From assembly GCA_008080735.1 (NCBI GenBank), contig SHMW01000058.1:1-27438 (forward strand): DNA of 27,438 nt, given 5' to 3'. Source of the stretch: Promethearchaeota archaeon. Lineage in GTDB: Archaea > Asgardarchaeota > Lokiarchaeia > Sigyniarchaeales > SOKP01. Below are positions 7,463-16,910 of this stretch, in pieces. The position numbers and the translations under genes are program-made. Within the stretch, counting starts at the first letter, position 1; the number at the start of each line of letters is the position of its first letter. Under the pieces are notes generated by a model, which did not search any database, was not told the origin of the DNA, and saw only the letters and a list, made by a program, of their open reading frames with translations.

Positions 7463-10195
7463 TTAATATTGTCTCTCCACTGTTAATTTCCAATGAAGTC
7501 CTTTTTCAGTAACATTTTTACCCCTCACGACAATCCCGTGTTCATCTCTCTGAAACTCTTTTTCTTGCTCATTTATCAGAAGTTTTTGAACTTGTGGATA
7601 TATATTGCCCTTAAATTGTAATTCAATCGTCCATTTTCCTACCGTCTTGGGATTGTACCAACCGCTATAGCCATTATGCGTTTTTTTCAATCCTACTAGT
7701 GGGGATGAAAACTCATAGGTAGTTTTGGGGAAATCTAGACAGATCTTAATTCCAGTTTGAGTGAACTCAATTCCTAACAAATGGAGGATATTATAAAGAG
7801 GCCAAGCATGCGGATGGAGGTTTAAAACCGGGAAATCAGTCCAATTGATTCCCGTTGAGATCGGATTATCTCCTTTATCTTTAGGATCGCCACTTAGATA
7901 AAATTTGTTGAAAATGGTGTGTCCAGGGAATTCTGAAAACACCGAATTTATGGTATCGGGTCCACTCCAAATGCCATACCAAATTTCCGGATATGTTTCT
8001 GCATGGTATGCTAATAGATTCTTTTTATATTCATCCCACGCCATTTCTGGATCGACTTTTCTCAACGCCCAAATTAAAGTTCCATTGATGGACGGCCAAA
8101 TTCCCGCACTATTTCCCATCCCAGGGGGTGAATTCTCGTTTTCGATCACTTCGCTCTGTAAAATTGCTCCAAGTTCAGATGGTTGACGAACTTTCTTATC
8201 TATATTTTTTACCAATACTTTCTTTTTCTCATCATCGAGCGCCTCAGATATGATTGCCCAAGGTTGCGGTTCTAACCATAAAATATCATCACCAACCCAT
8301 CCAATTGCGTCCGTTAACCACGCCCTTCTCAACCATTTACCATTCCATTGTTCTCTCAATGCATCTTTCATATCATTTGCATAATCTCGAGCTTTCTGTG
8401 CCGTTTCTTCTTCATTTACATACTCCATTAAGGTGGCAAAAAGAGGTAATACATAGGCTGCCATCGCCGAGTTTAGAACTGATTCTCCTTTCTTTTTCAC
8501 TTCCACTAATTTATCATCTGGAACAAATCCAGAGATTATTAAATCGTTCCAATCACAGCTGGCGACTCTTTGTAGTCCATGCTCTCCTTTTCCCGTATTT
8601 TCTGTAAAATGACGGTATATGAGTTTTAAAAATTCTTTTATTGATATGGTACTAGAACTTTTTTTATAAATCGGATACAGAGGAATCTCCTCCTCTAAGA
8701 ATCCGGGATCTTTTGAAGAAAGGACATAATTAGCTGTAAGCCAAAGCACCCATAACTCTGTGTCACTCGGTTCCCACGGTGACGGCATAATTGCCCCATT
8801 CCCCGTTATTCCGTAGGGGATCTTCCCATTCTTTTTTGTTTCTTTGAAGGTGTATCGGATAATTTCTTTTGCAATTTCAGGATCGGTGTATAAAAAGGGC
8901 ATAGCATGTTGTGGTGGATCGCGAGCAGCTCCTTGAAATCCTATTAAATATTGATATATGTGTCCTTGAGAAAGTATATGTTCCATAAAAAAGTCATCAT
9001 AGGTAAGCCCGCCCCGTAAATAATAGTAATGCCAGAGAATCTCCCGTGATACCCATTTTTCTCCCTCTACCTCGAGTTTTGGTCCCACGGATTTCCAGGC
9101 TTCCAATGTGTTCATTAGTACGCTTTCTGTCTGGGTTAAATGTGTATATTTTTCAATTAAATCATTTAAACCAAATCCCTCGGGAATATATCCATACATA
9201 AAGATTAGGGTCTTAGTTTCTTTTGGTTTGAGTTCAAAATCTTTCCTTAGCACCATACAACTTTGAAAATCTTCCATTTGGATATTAAAAGAAGCTTTAG
9301 AGGATACTCCCCGAGGATTACTCACGCCTCCGTTTCCAAAAAACTTCTGCGCGTCCGTATAGCACCCTTGAATTGGTCCGTCTAAGCTTATTAAAAATAT
9401 CGGAGGAGGGTTTCGATCTTCAAAAATAGGCTTCTTTTTTCCAATCTGGATGCCTCTTTTTCTTAAATCGAAATCTTTTTGTTGCTCTGCATTTCTTGAT
9501 GACGGATTAAATTTCATATTGAATAAACCTCTATTATCATCAAGCAAAATGAATCTATTTTTGAATTTCTTTTCAGATTCCACGCGATATTTCTTCAGAA
9601 GATTCTGATCTTGCTTCCCAATTGCTTGAATAACAGCTTGAAATGAAAATTGGAAATTAAAACACCCCCAATATTCAAACCAACTGAGCTCGGCATTCGT
9701 ATCAGTTTGATTTGTGAAAGAAACTTGAGAAATCACCACTGGATCATCGCCAAATGGAGCAAAAATTCTCTGATCGATTGAATAATTCGCATTTGAAACT
9801 GTTTTCCGACAGTATCCCATACCAAAAATTCTTTCCTTAAATTGAGTTGGCTCAGAATAATAGGTCGTGAGAAGATTTACTCCGTCGGTTAGATATCCGA
9901 ATCCCCCCGCATATTGGTGTAATTCCGGAAGATAATAATTTAAATATTTAGGACTTCCCTCATCTTGGCGGATCTTAATATATCCATAATTGGAAGCAAC
10001 CCCCGCAATTCTATCATTCCCCACCAAAAAATAATGGTCGGTTTTTTCACGCCATAACTCATTCATCGGGGTAGTTGCCCTAGGATCCGCTAGTTGATTA
10101 CATTCATATCGATAAGCAGGTGCTCCAAACCTATCTTCTATCCATCTCCCAAAATAACCGGAGCCATATGGCTTCTCATTATTTCTGGCATTCAT
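7463..10195 (-). CDS. GH94-like glycoside phosphorylase/hydrolase, (alpha/alpha)6 barrel
   Basis: 910 aa with RDxxQ (ARDPPQ), SDTELW, DWND...GESV and WLEPQPWA motifs typical of cellobiose-phosphorylase-like proteins. Confidence 0.78.
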   Translation of the reverse strand: MNARNNEKPYGSGYFGRWIEDRFGAPAYRYECNQLADPRATTPMNELWREKTDHYFLVGNDRIAGVASNYGYIKIRQDEGSPKYLNYYLPELHQYAGGFGYLTDGVNLLTTYYSEPTQFKERIFGMGYCRKTVSNANYSIDQRIFAPFGDDPVVISQVSFTNQTDTNAELSWFEYWGCFNFQFSFQAVIQAIGKQDQNLLKKYRVESEKKFKNRFILLDDNRGLFNMKFNPSSRNAEQQKDFDLRKRGIQIGKKKPIFEDRNPPPIFLISLDGPIQGCYTDAQKFFGNGGVSNPRGVSSKASFNIQMEDFQSCMVLRKDFELKPKETKTLIFMYGYIPEGFGLNDLIEKYTHLTQTESVLMNTLEAWKSVGPKLEVEGEKWVSREILWHYYYLRGGLTYDDFFMEHILSQGHIYQYLIGFQGAARDPPQHAMPFLYTDPEIAKEIIRYTFKETKKNGKIPYGITGNGAIMPSPWEPSDTELWVLWLTANYVLSSKDPGFLEEEIPLYPIYKKSSSTISIKEFLKLIYRHFTENTGKGEHGLQRVASCDWNDLIISGFVPDDKLVEVKKKGESVLNSAMAAYVLPLFATLMEYVNEEETAQKARDYANDMKDALREQWNGKWLRRAWLTDAIGWVGDDILWLEPQPWAIISEALDDEKKKVLVKNIDKKVRQPSELGAILQSEVIENENSPPGMGNSAGIWPSINGTLIWALRKVDPEMAWDEYKKNLLAYHAETYPEIWYGIWSGPDTINSVFSEFPGHTIFNKFYLSGDPKDKGDNPISTGINWTDFPVLNLHPHAWPLYNILHLLGIEFTQTGIKICLDFPKTTYEFSSPLVGLKKTHNGYSGWYNPKTVGKWTIELQFKGNIYPQVQKLLINEQEKEFQRDEHGIVVRGKNVTEKGLHWKLTVERQY

Positions 10196-10379
10196 CGAAG
10201 AATATAGTGGATTGCAAATAAAAAAATCTTATGAAAAATACGTTAAAATCTAAATAGGTTCAGATAATTTACAAAACATATTCGAATTTGCCAAATATAA
10301 TTTTAGAATTAATCATTTAGATTTAAAGGTATGAATGATTTAAATTATCTTAATCTGCCTAATAAACACAATAAACATA

Positions 10380-11540
10380 ATGAATTCTCGAGAGCGCGTA
10401 AATGAAGCACTTAATCATAAGGAACCCGATAAGATTCCATTAGATCTGGGTGGCAATCAATCGGGAATACATATTAAAGCTTATAAAAACCTATTAGACT
10501 ATCTTGAGATTGAGGATAATGAGATTCAATATTATGATTTTGTCCAACAACTCGTCGACCCTTGTGAACAATTGTTAAAAAGATTTCAAATAGATGTTCG
10601 TTATATCCGTCCCTTAGGCGGTATGGTTAAGATAGATGATGTGGAACCTCAATATGAAGGAAAGTATGTTGGAGTATATGATCAGTTCGGAGTTTTTTGG
10701 GGAAATGACGCCGAGAAAGATATAGAGGATATTTTATATTATGATCCCGTAATTCATCCATTGGCAGACTGCAAGACTGTGGAGGATATAGAAAATTATG
10801 ACTGGCCAGATGGAAAAGACAAAACTCCGTTTAAGGGCCTGCGAGAATATGCTAAAAATTTATATGATAATACTGACTATGCTCTGTCAACCCCTCCCAC
10901 AGGGTGCATCTATGAATATACTACTTTCCTTTTCGGATTCACAAAGGTTCTCAGATATTTCAGAACAAAGCCAGAATTACTTGTGAGTGCTATGAATCAT
11001 CTCTTAGATTATTGGATAAATTACAATGAATCGTTCTTGTCCGAAGTTGGTCAATATTTAGATGTGGTTTGTATTAACGGTGATCTTGCAGAACAAGCTG
11101 GACCTATCATGAATCTTAAACTCTATGAAGAAATGATTAAGCCGATTGAAAGAAAATTATCGGAAAAAGTGCATAAGCTTGCTGATGTGAAAATCAATTA
11201 TCATTGCTGTGGTTCTATTCCGCAATTTATTCCTCATTTTTCTGAGATTAGCTATGATGCGGTTAATCCCGTACAGATTTCTGCTTATGATATGGCACCA
11301 TGCGGTCTTAAGGAACGATTTGGAGAACAAATTAGTTTCTGGGGTGGACTGTGCAATACTCAAGATACACTTCCATTCGGTACTCCTGAGCAAATTCGAA
11401 AGGAGGTTAAGCATAATATGTGGTGTTTCAAAGAAAATGGGGGGTATATCGCCGCGAATATCCATAATATTACCGCAGAAGTTCCCCCAGAAAATATTGT
11501 GGCAATGTTTGGTGCTGCGAATGAATTTAGGAATTATTGA
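10380..11540 (+). CDS. Uroporphyrinogen decarboxylase / MtaA-CmuA family protein
   Basis: MNSRERV..ALNHKEPDKIPLDLGG, HCCG, VNPVQ, FWGG, GTPEQI, GGYI..HNI...PPENI. Confidence 0.9.
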   Translation: MNSRERVNEALNHKEPDKIPLDLGGNQSGIHIKAYKNLLDYLEIEDNEIQYYDFVQQLVDPCEQLLKRFQIDVRYIRPLGGMVKIDDVEPQYEGKYVGVYDQFGVFWGNDAEKDIEDILYYDPVIHPLADCKTVEDIENYDWPDGKDKTPFKGLREYAKNLYDNTDYALSTPPTGCIYEYTTFLFGFTKVLRYFRTKPELLVSAMNHLLDYWINYNESFLSEVGQYLDVVCINGDLAEQAGPIMNLKLYEEMIKPIERKLSEKVHKLADVKINYHCCGSIPQFIPHFSEISYDAVNPVQISAYDMAPCGLKERFGEQISFWGGLCNTQDTLPFGTPEQIRKEVKHNMWCFKENGGYIAANIHNITAEVPPENIVAMFGAANEFRNY

Positions 11541-11683
11541 TTCATTTTTGTGAATTGATCTCAACCTAAGCAGATATCAAAAAAACTATACCCTTTTCAA
11601 AAATCCAATATCTCTAATCATAGAAAGATATATAATTCGCACTCATATGTGAATGGACAAACCTATTTGTGGAAAATGTCGGT

Positions 11684-11989
11684 TTAAACATTACAATATA
11701 TAATTTCCATCGCGGAATCGTTTGGATTGTATTGAGGACGTGAGCCATTAAATACATCTTTTTCAGTTTTTAAAGATCTGATTTTCTTAACATCGAATAA
11801 TTTCCAGCCAGTCGGCCTCCCCGATTTACTAAATCCGCGGATTTGATAAGCTCTCAATAATTCAGTACCTTTATGATTTTTCCCATAACAGAAAGGTTCT
11901 ACGACACGTTCACCTCCGTCATAGGTGAATCTCAGCAGATTTCTCGATTTTATAGCAGAAGAAATCGCATCATACATTCCCATTGTCAT
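11684..11989 (-). CDS. Stand-alone WYL-domain protein
   Basis: F.YDG..RVVEPFCYG...LLRAYQ...WKLFDVKKI matches the WYL/Sm-like pattern. About 100 aa with no HTH. Confidence 0.72.
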   Translation of the reverse strand: MTMGMYDAISSAIKSRNLLRFTYDGGERVVEPFCYGKNHKGTELLRAYQIRGFSKSGRPTGWKLFDVKKIRSLKTEKDVFNGSRPQYNPNDSAMEIIYCNV

Positions 11990-12197
11990 TCTCAGATTTT
12001 AGAGTAATTTATGACCTCCTTTAAACTTTGGTATCAATTTTGGTAAAATTAAAAGCCAAACAGCGGATTTAGAGGTAATGGGAATAGAACTCCTTAGAAG
12101 GAAAGAGATCAAATTCCTTAAGGGATGAGTTTTCTCGCATTTTCAATGATAAAAAACTAAAAATTAAAAAATGAAAAATTGCGATTAAATTTAAAAT

Positions 12198-13994
12198 TTA
12201 TAGGTTATTAACTTCTTCGATGATCTCGTCTAGGTCTCTCTTCGCATCATTAATATCCATCATCTTCACGCAAGTCGCAAAAGAAAGGATCATTTTAAAT
12301 CCGATTGCGGGATTTTGAAGCATCTTTTGAGTCTCATTATTGTCCTTTCCGGTATATTCCCTCCCATAATATGCGCTCCCGCGTTCAAGAACATATATAT
12401 TAGTATAGCCGATTTCTCTCAACGAGGATCTCTTTAGCGATTGAATTATATAATAAATCAGAAAGATAAAAGACAAGGGAATAAGAATAAATGCAGATAT
12501 GAAAGAAATTGAGCCGAAGGTGCCGTTTTGAATGAAATCGGCTAACAGCAAAATTATTGAAGTAAGGAGATAACCAATCCCTAATAATAGAATACTCATA
12601 CTCGCAAATTCGATTTTCCCTCCCAATTTCACCCGGATACTTCCTTTGATAGATCCATTCAGATCATAAAAGTTATATGCATTATCATCTGTTTGAGGCA
12701 GCGGCTTCTCCGAGATTTCTAAACGATAACCCCTATCTTCCACCAGATTTTGTATGAGTAAATGCAGAAAATTAGGATGGTATGTTGAACTGGATTTCTC
12801 AATGGTCATCTCCTGAAAATGTTCGAAATCTTCTTGTTCTGTTGACTTTTTACCATGTATAAGAGCCCACCGTTCAGGAAAGTCTGCTTTAGTTTCAATT
12901 CGGTTATATCTCTCCAATATTGGTTTTTTTTCTTGCTTTTCCTCTTCTTCTTTTGTCTTTTCCATTTTCTTGATATAGTAAGATCTGAATATAAACGTAT
13001 CAATACATAATAGCAAAAGAGAAAGAAATAGGATCGAATATGTGAGTTGGAAATTCAAATTGGAGAGATTATCCAGTAAGATGTTAATGAATTCCAGTAT
13101 TATGATTAGAGACACACTGAAAAAGGCACTTAGCAATGCAATTATCTCAAGTATGTTGGTAATTCTCCTCTTTATTAGCCCGATATAACTTACGATTAGA
13201 CCAAATATCGATACCCAGATCAACATTGTTATAAATGCTTCTGCATAATTAGTATAACCACTGATCAACATATTGGGATAAAATATGATAAGTCCGACTA
13301 GAAAGATAATTAAAGCCAATATTTTTAGTAGGATACTATATGGGGATATAATTTCGAGATTGATATTTATCTTGCGTTCTTTTGTAGGTCTCTGGGTTAT
13401 AGGGACTGCCTCCTTTTTTGGATGCTTTTGACCCTTCGGCTCTAACCTAAGGGAAATCCTTGCTTTTTTATCCGACTTTTTAGATTTTCCTTTCTTTTCT
13501 TGCATCCTCTGATAGATCTTCCCAAAAAAGCGTTTTCTCAAGAAAAATATTTCAACTGAAATTAGTAATATCCCGATAATTCCAAAATATGCACCCAATT
13601 CAAGACGAATCCCGTATGAAGGAAATACAACTGTCATCAATATATTTAGGGTTAATTGTATGGTCAGTGAAACAATCCCAACGATGATACCGATTTCTTC
13701 TACAAGATTTATTCTCGCCATATCCAAAAGGCCTATAACTGTCAGTGAAACAATCCCAACGATGATACCGATTTCTTCTACAAGATTTATTCTCGCCATA
13801 TCCAAAAGGCCTATAAAGCTCATTGAAACCCCTATAACATATGCAATGAACAATATATTAATAAACAAATCAGCAGTAGGCGAATAATCTTCTGAAGTAA
13901 TATTATTCCAAGGAAAAACTAATGAAAGTATCACAAAGATCAGAGCGCATAATTTAACGCTGAGACTGAGTGGATTTATGAATTTTTTCTCCAT
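12198..13994 (-). CDS. Hypothetical polytopic membrane protein with two similar multi-TM modules and Lys-rich linkers
   Basis: 598-aa ORF. INPLSLSVKLCAL... and ISPYSILLKILAL... begin two similar TM blocks. No family recognised. Confidence 0.8.
   Translation of the reverse strand: MEKKFINPLSLSVKLCALIFVILSLVFPWNNITSEDYSPTADLFINILFIAYVIGVSMSFIGLLDMARINLVEEIGIIVGIVSLTVIGLLDMARINLVEEIGIIVGIVSLTIQLTLNILMTVVFPSYGIRLELGAYFGIIGILLISVEIFFLRKRFFGKIYQRMQEKKGKSKKSDKKARISLRLEPKGQKHPKKEAVPITQRPTKERKININLEIISPYSILLKILALIIFLVGLIIFYPNMLISGYTNYAEAFITMLIWVSIFGLIVSYIGLIKRRITNILEIIALLSAFFSVSLIIILEFINILLDNLSNLNFQLTYSILFLSLLLLCIDTFIFRSYYIKKMEKTKEEEEKQEKKPILERYNRIETKADFPERWALIHGKKSTEQEDFEHFQEMTIEKSSSTYHPNFLHLLIQNLVEDRGYRLEISEKPLPQTDDNAYNFYDLNGSIKGSIRVKLGGKIEFASMSILLLGIGYLLTSIILLLADFIQNGTFGSISFISAFILIPLSFIFLIYYIIQSLKRSSLREIGYTNIYVLERGSAYYGREYTGKDNNETQKMLQNPAIGFKMILSFATCVKMMDINDAKRDLDEIIEEVNNL
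13663..13816. repeat. Perfect tandem duplication (2 x 76 bp, period 78 bp) inside the CDS
   Basis: 13663-13738 is identical to 13741-13816. It encodes IGLLDMARINLVEEIGIIVGIVSLT twice. Confidence 0.97.
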
Positions 13995-14215
13995 AATTAA
14001 ATCATAGGATTTTTGATTTTTTTCTATATCCTTATATCATTCTCAAATAAATTATATATTAAATATCTTTAGGTATAAGAACAAATACTCTCACTTTTGT
14101 TATTTTATTTATAATCTAACCCCTCAATGTTAAGTATAAAATATTCATAATGAGGGATTTAGTTAAGTTAAGAAAAGAGATTAAAAAAAAAGATTAAAAG
14201 CTTAGAATTTTCATC

Positions 14216-14491
14216 AAATTCCCTGAGTATGTTGTCAGGCTCCCGATTGTAGCATTATTAAACATAACAGAATACTCCTCTGGTCTATAATTATTAATGA
14301 TTTATTGAGATCTGTGTGAATTAGAAGCACTAAAATATTACTCTGGCAAAAATGTTTACTTCACCGGTTTGGATGAAATTCCATGAATATGTGATCAAGC
14401 TCCCGATTGTTGAATTATTAAGCACAACAGAATATTCCTCCGGTCTATAAGCATTAACCATGATTTGAGATATTTCTGAGTTAAAAGCACT
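14216..14491. repeat. Degenerate direct repeat (116 bp, period 160 bp): decayed copy of the 3' end of the surface-protein gene
   Basis: 14216-14331 aligns without gaps to 14376-14491 with 23 mismatches in 116 positions by hand count (about 80% identity). Confidence 0.92.
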
Positions 14492-16705
14492 TAATTTTGC
14501 TCCACTAAGAATGATCACTAATTCTACGTAGGAATCTTCTAGCATTAGCTCCGAATATTCATAAAGTTGAATTCCCATTTGACTTGGAATCTTTGTATTA
14601 TTGGTGATGGTTAGACTTGAAGTATCGTAGCAAGTTATAGAATGAGCCCCCATTTGGAGAAGTGACGACATTTGTGACATAGTTCCATCAGATCCTTCGA
14701 ATGTGCAGTTATTAAGAGTTGCTACGGAGTCAAATTTCATTTGAAGCGAACTAATGGTAGAGTTGAATACATCTAAGGTTCCATTATCAATATGGATGAC
14801 TAAATTTTTGTAGACATTGTTGATAGATACATTAATATCATCTCTAATGATGAGATATTTAGTAGATCGATTAAAGTACGTGGTATCTTCCAAGTTTATA
14901 TAATTAATGCTATTACCTGGTCCATTAATACCGGAAGGATCAATTTCAATATCACTTGATTCCAGAATAAAACCTTCATAGAGATTGTTAATGGTCAAGT
15001 TCGTCAAATTTACTTTATGAATAGGATATACATATAATTCATCAATTGTGCAATTAGTGAAATGTGAAGTCTCTCCAGCTTGGTTATCTGATACCAGAAA
15101 CAATTGAGTAATAAAGGTGTCTTGAATGTTAACTTCTTCTGTAGTATTGAGAAGCGCAAAATTTATGATGGATTTATTATCCACATTTACTCGTGCTTCT
15201 CCATAAGCTAATAACGTTTCAAAAGAACAATTATTTCCTGATAATTCAGAGGTATCTTGAAGAAATCAAGTATATGTTGTGGATGAGGTTATATTCGATT
15301 CATTGAGTTCCAATTTAGCTGAATCGTATAAGAAAATATTGCAGCTATAGTTTGTTATCGAGAGCTGCCCAGTTCCATTCACCATGATATAATTATAATT
15401 CGAATCTGAGACATTAGAATTAATCAATTCAGTGCTATTTAGATAATCTCCTTCTATTTCACCGTTGGTTATATTAACAGAACCGGAAGATATGGTTATT
15501 CCGTAAACCAATGTGTCCAAGATCTTCGATTCATTCAGAATTGCTTTTGATGAAAATACCGAAGAGAGAGATGAGATAATACATTTTTGGAAAGTTGCTT
15601 TTGAATTTCCCATCAAATTGGCTGAGCTTATATTTGTATTAGTTATGAGAAAATCTGACTTTCCAATACTAATGAAGGAATTCAATTTAGTATACGTTAT
15701 TTCGCCGGTTATCTCATATCCTTCCATTTCATCAAAGTTTGCTGTCGGTTGGGCTAATATCGAGTTAATTGATGAAGATTCTATTTCCAATTCAGATGAT
15801 ACTATAATCATAAGCATCTCTAAATAGGAGTTATTCTTTATAGTGAGTAGACCTTTACTCTCTTTAGTCCCCGAAGTTATGCAGTATTGAAGAGTACTAT
15901 TGTTAATGGTGATGGAATTATTTCCAAACGAGCGGAGTTCATATATGGAACAATTATTTAATGAAACGGAGCTATTTTCGCATACTATTAAACTTATGGA
16001 TGGATTCCAAATGTTATTTAAGGTCAGATTTTGTTTCCCATATAATGCAAATGATATTTTGGTTTGACTATTCTGAGGAGTCGAGTTGTTAAGAATTGTT
16101 GAATTTACTACTGAGTATCCATTTATTATTCCATTCGAGATCTCCAGAGAATCTTCAATCAGAATTTGATTATCTTTAAATTGAACAGCATACATTAAAT
16201 TATCTATGGTTGAGTTATATGCGTATGTATTTGGACGAATTAATTCTCCTTGTAAGTAAGAATAATCGATTGTGATATGATTATTTGTCTCTAAACTTTC
16301 TTCGATAAGATCACCAGGATCGAGGGATATAATAATTGAGTATATATAACGATCTATAAAATATGAATGATAATCAGTTAAATTGATGTGTATTTGATAG
16401 ATTTCGTTAATTTCTAAATCGAGCGGACTTAAAGAATTATTATAAAGCAAAAGAGACAAAGAAGTAATTTCTACTATAATTTCAATTCCTGTCGCGTTTT
16501 TCTCTCCTTGATTTTTCACTGTGAAAGTTAGATTATCATTCTCGAGGGAATGACTTGATATTGATAAATCGGCATAGTTAAGATCGGGCTGCTCGTCGTC
16601 TGGAGGGGGTTCTCTAAAAAGAAACATCCATGATAATAGACCAGTAGGGATTGCGATGATGATAATCGCACATACAGCTATGAGAAATTTTTTGTTTCTA
16701 TTCAT
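14330..16705 (-). pseudogene. Membrane-anchored surface protein (N-terminal TM, CARDB-like domain, beta-helix repeats), about 791 codons, interrupted by one in-frame TGA at 15266-15268
   Basis: ORFs 15266..16705 and 14330..15184 are in the same frame. The read-through is ...SSTTYT*FLQDTSELSGNNCSFETLLAYGEARVNVDNKS.... CARDB-like motifs: DLSI...VKNQG...LDPGDLIEESLETNN. The rest is I/N/S-rich beta-solenoid repeats. Confidence 0.8.
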
Positions 16706-16910
16706 TGGCCTTCATTCCTTTTTTAGGTTTACTCCGCGTAATAACAGAGTAGTATAACCATAGAAAACCACATCATATAAAAGACTTACTTAATATGTAC
16801 AAATTGTTTGTCAAATATGAGTTATCCGCATTGTGGGATGAGTCAATTTAATCTAGAGAACCCCTTCATTTGGTTTGATCTTTAAAAAACTGTTGGATTA
16901 ATATATCGGC

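Noticed and set aside
13663-13816. CRISPR array
   Set aside because: Only two 76-bp units separated by 2 bp, in frame within a CDS, with no spacers and no cas genes.
14216-14491. Diversity-generating retroelement TR/VR pair at the 3' end of a surface-protein gene
   Set aside because: Mismatches are not adenine-specific: at most 8 of 23 fall on one base in either copy or strand. There is no reverse transcriptase in the window.
15266-15268. Genome-wide TGA reassignment (genetic code 4 or 25)
   Set aside because: TGA terminates the UroD-family, photolyase, Smr, herA and mre11 genes at their expected ends, and Trp is encoded by TGG.
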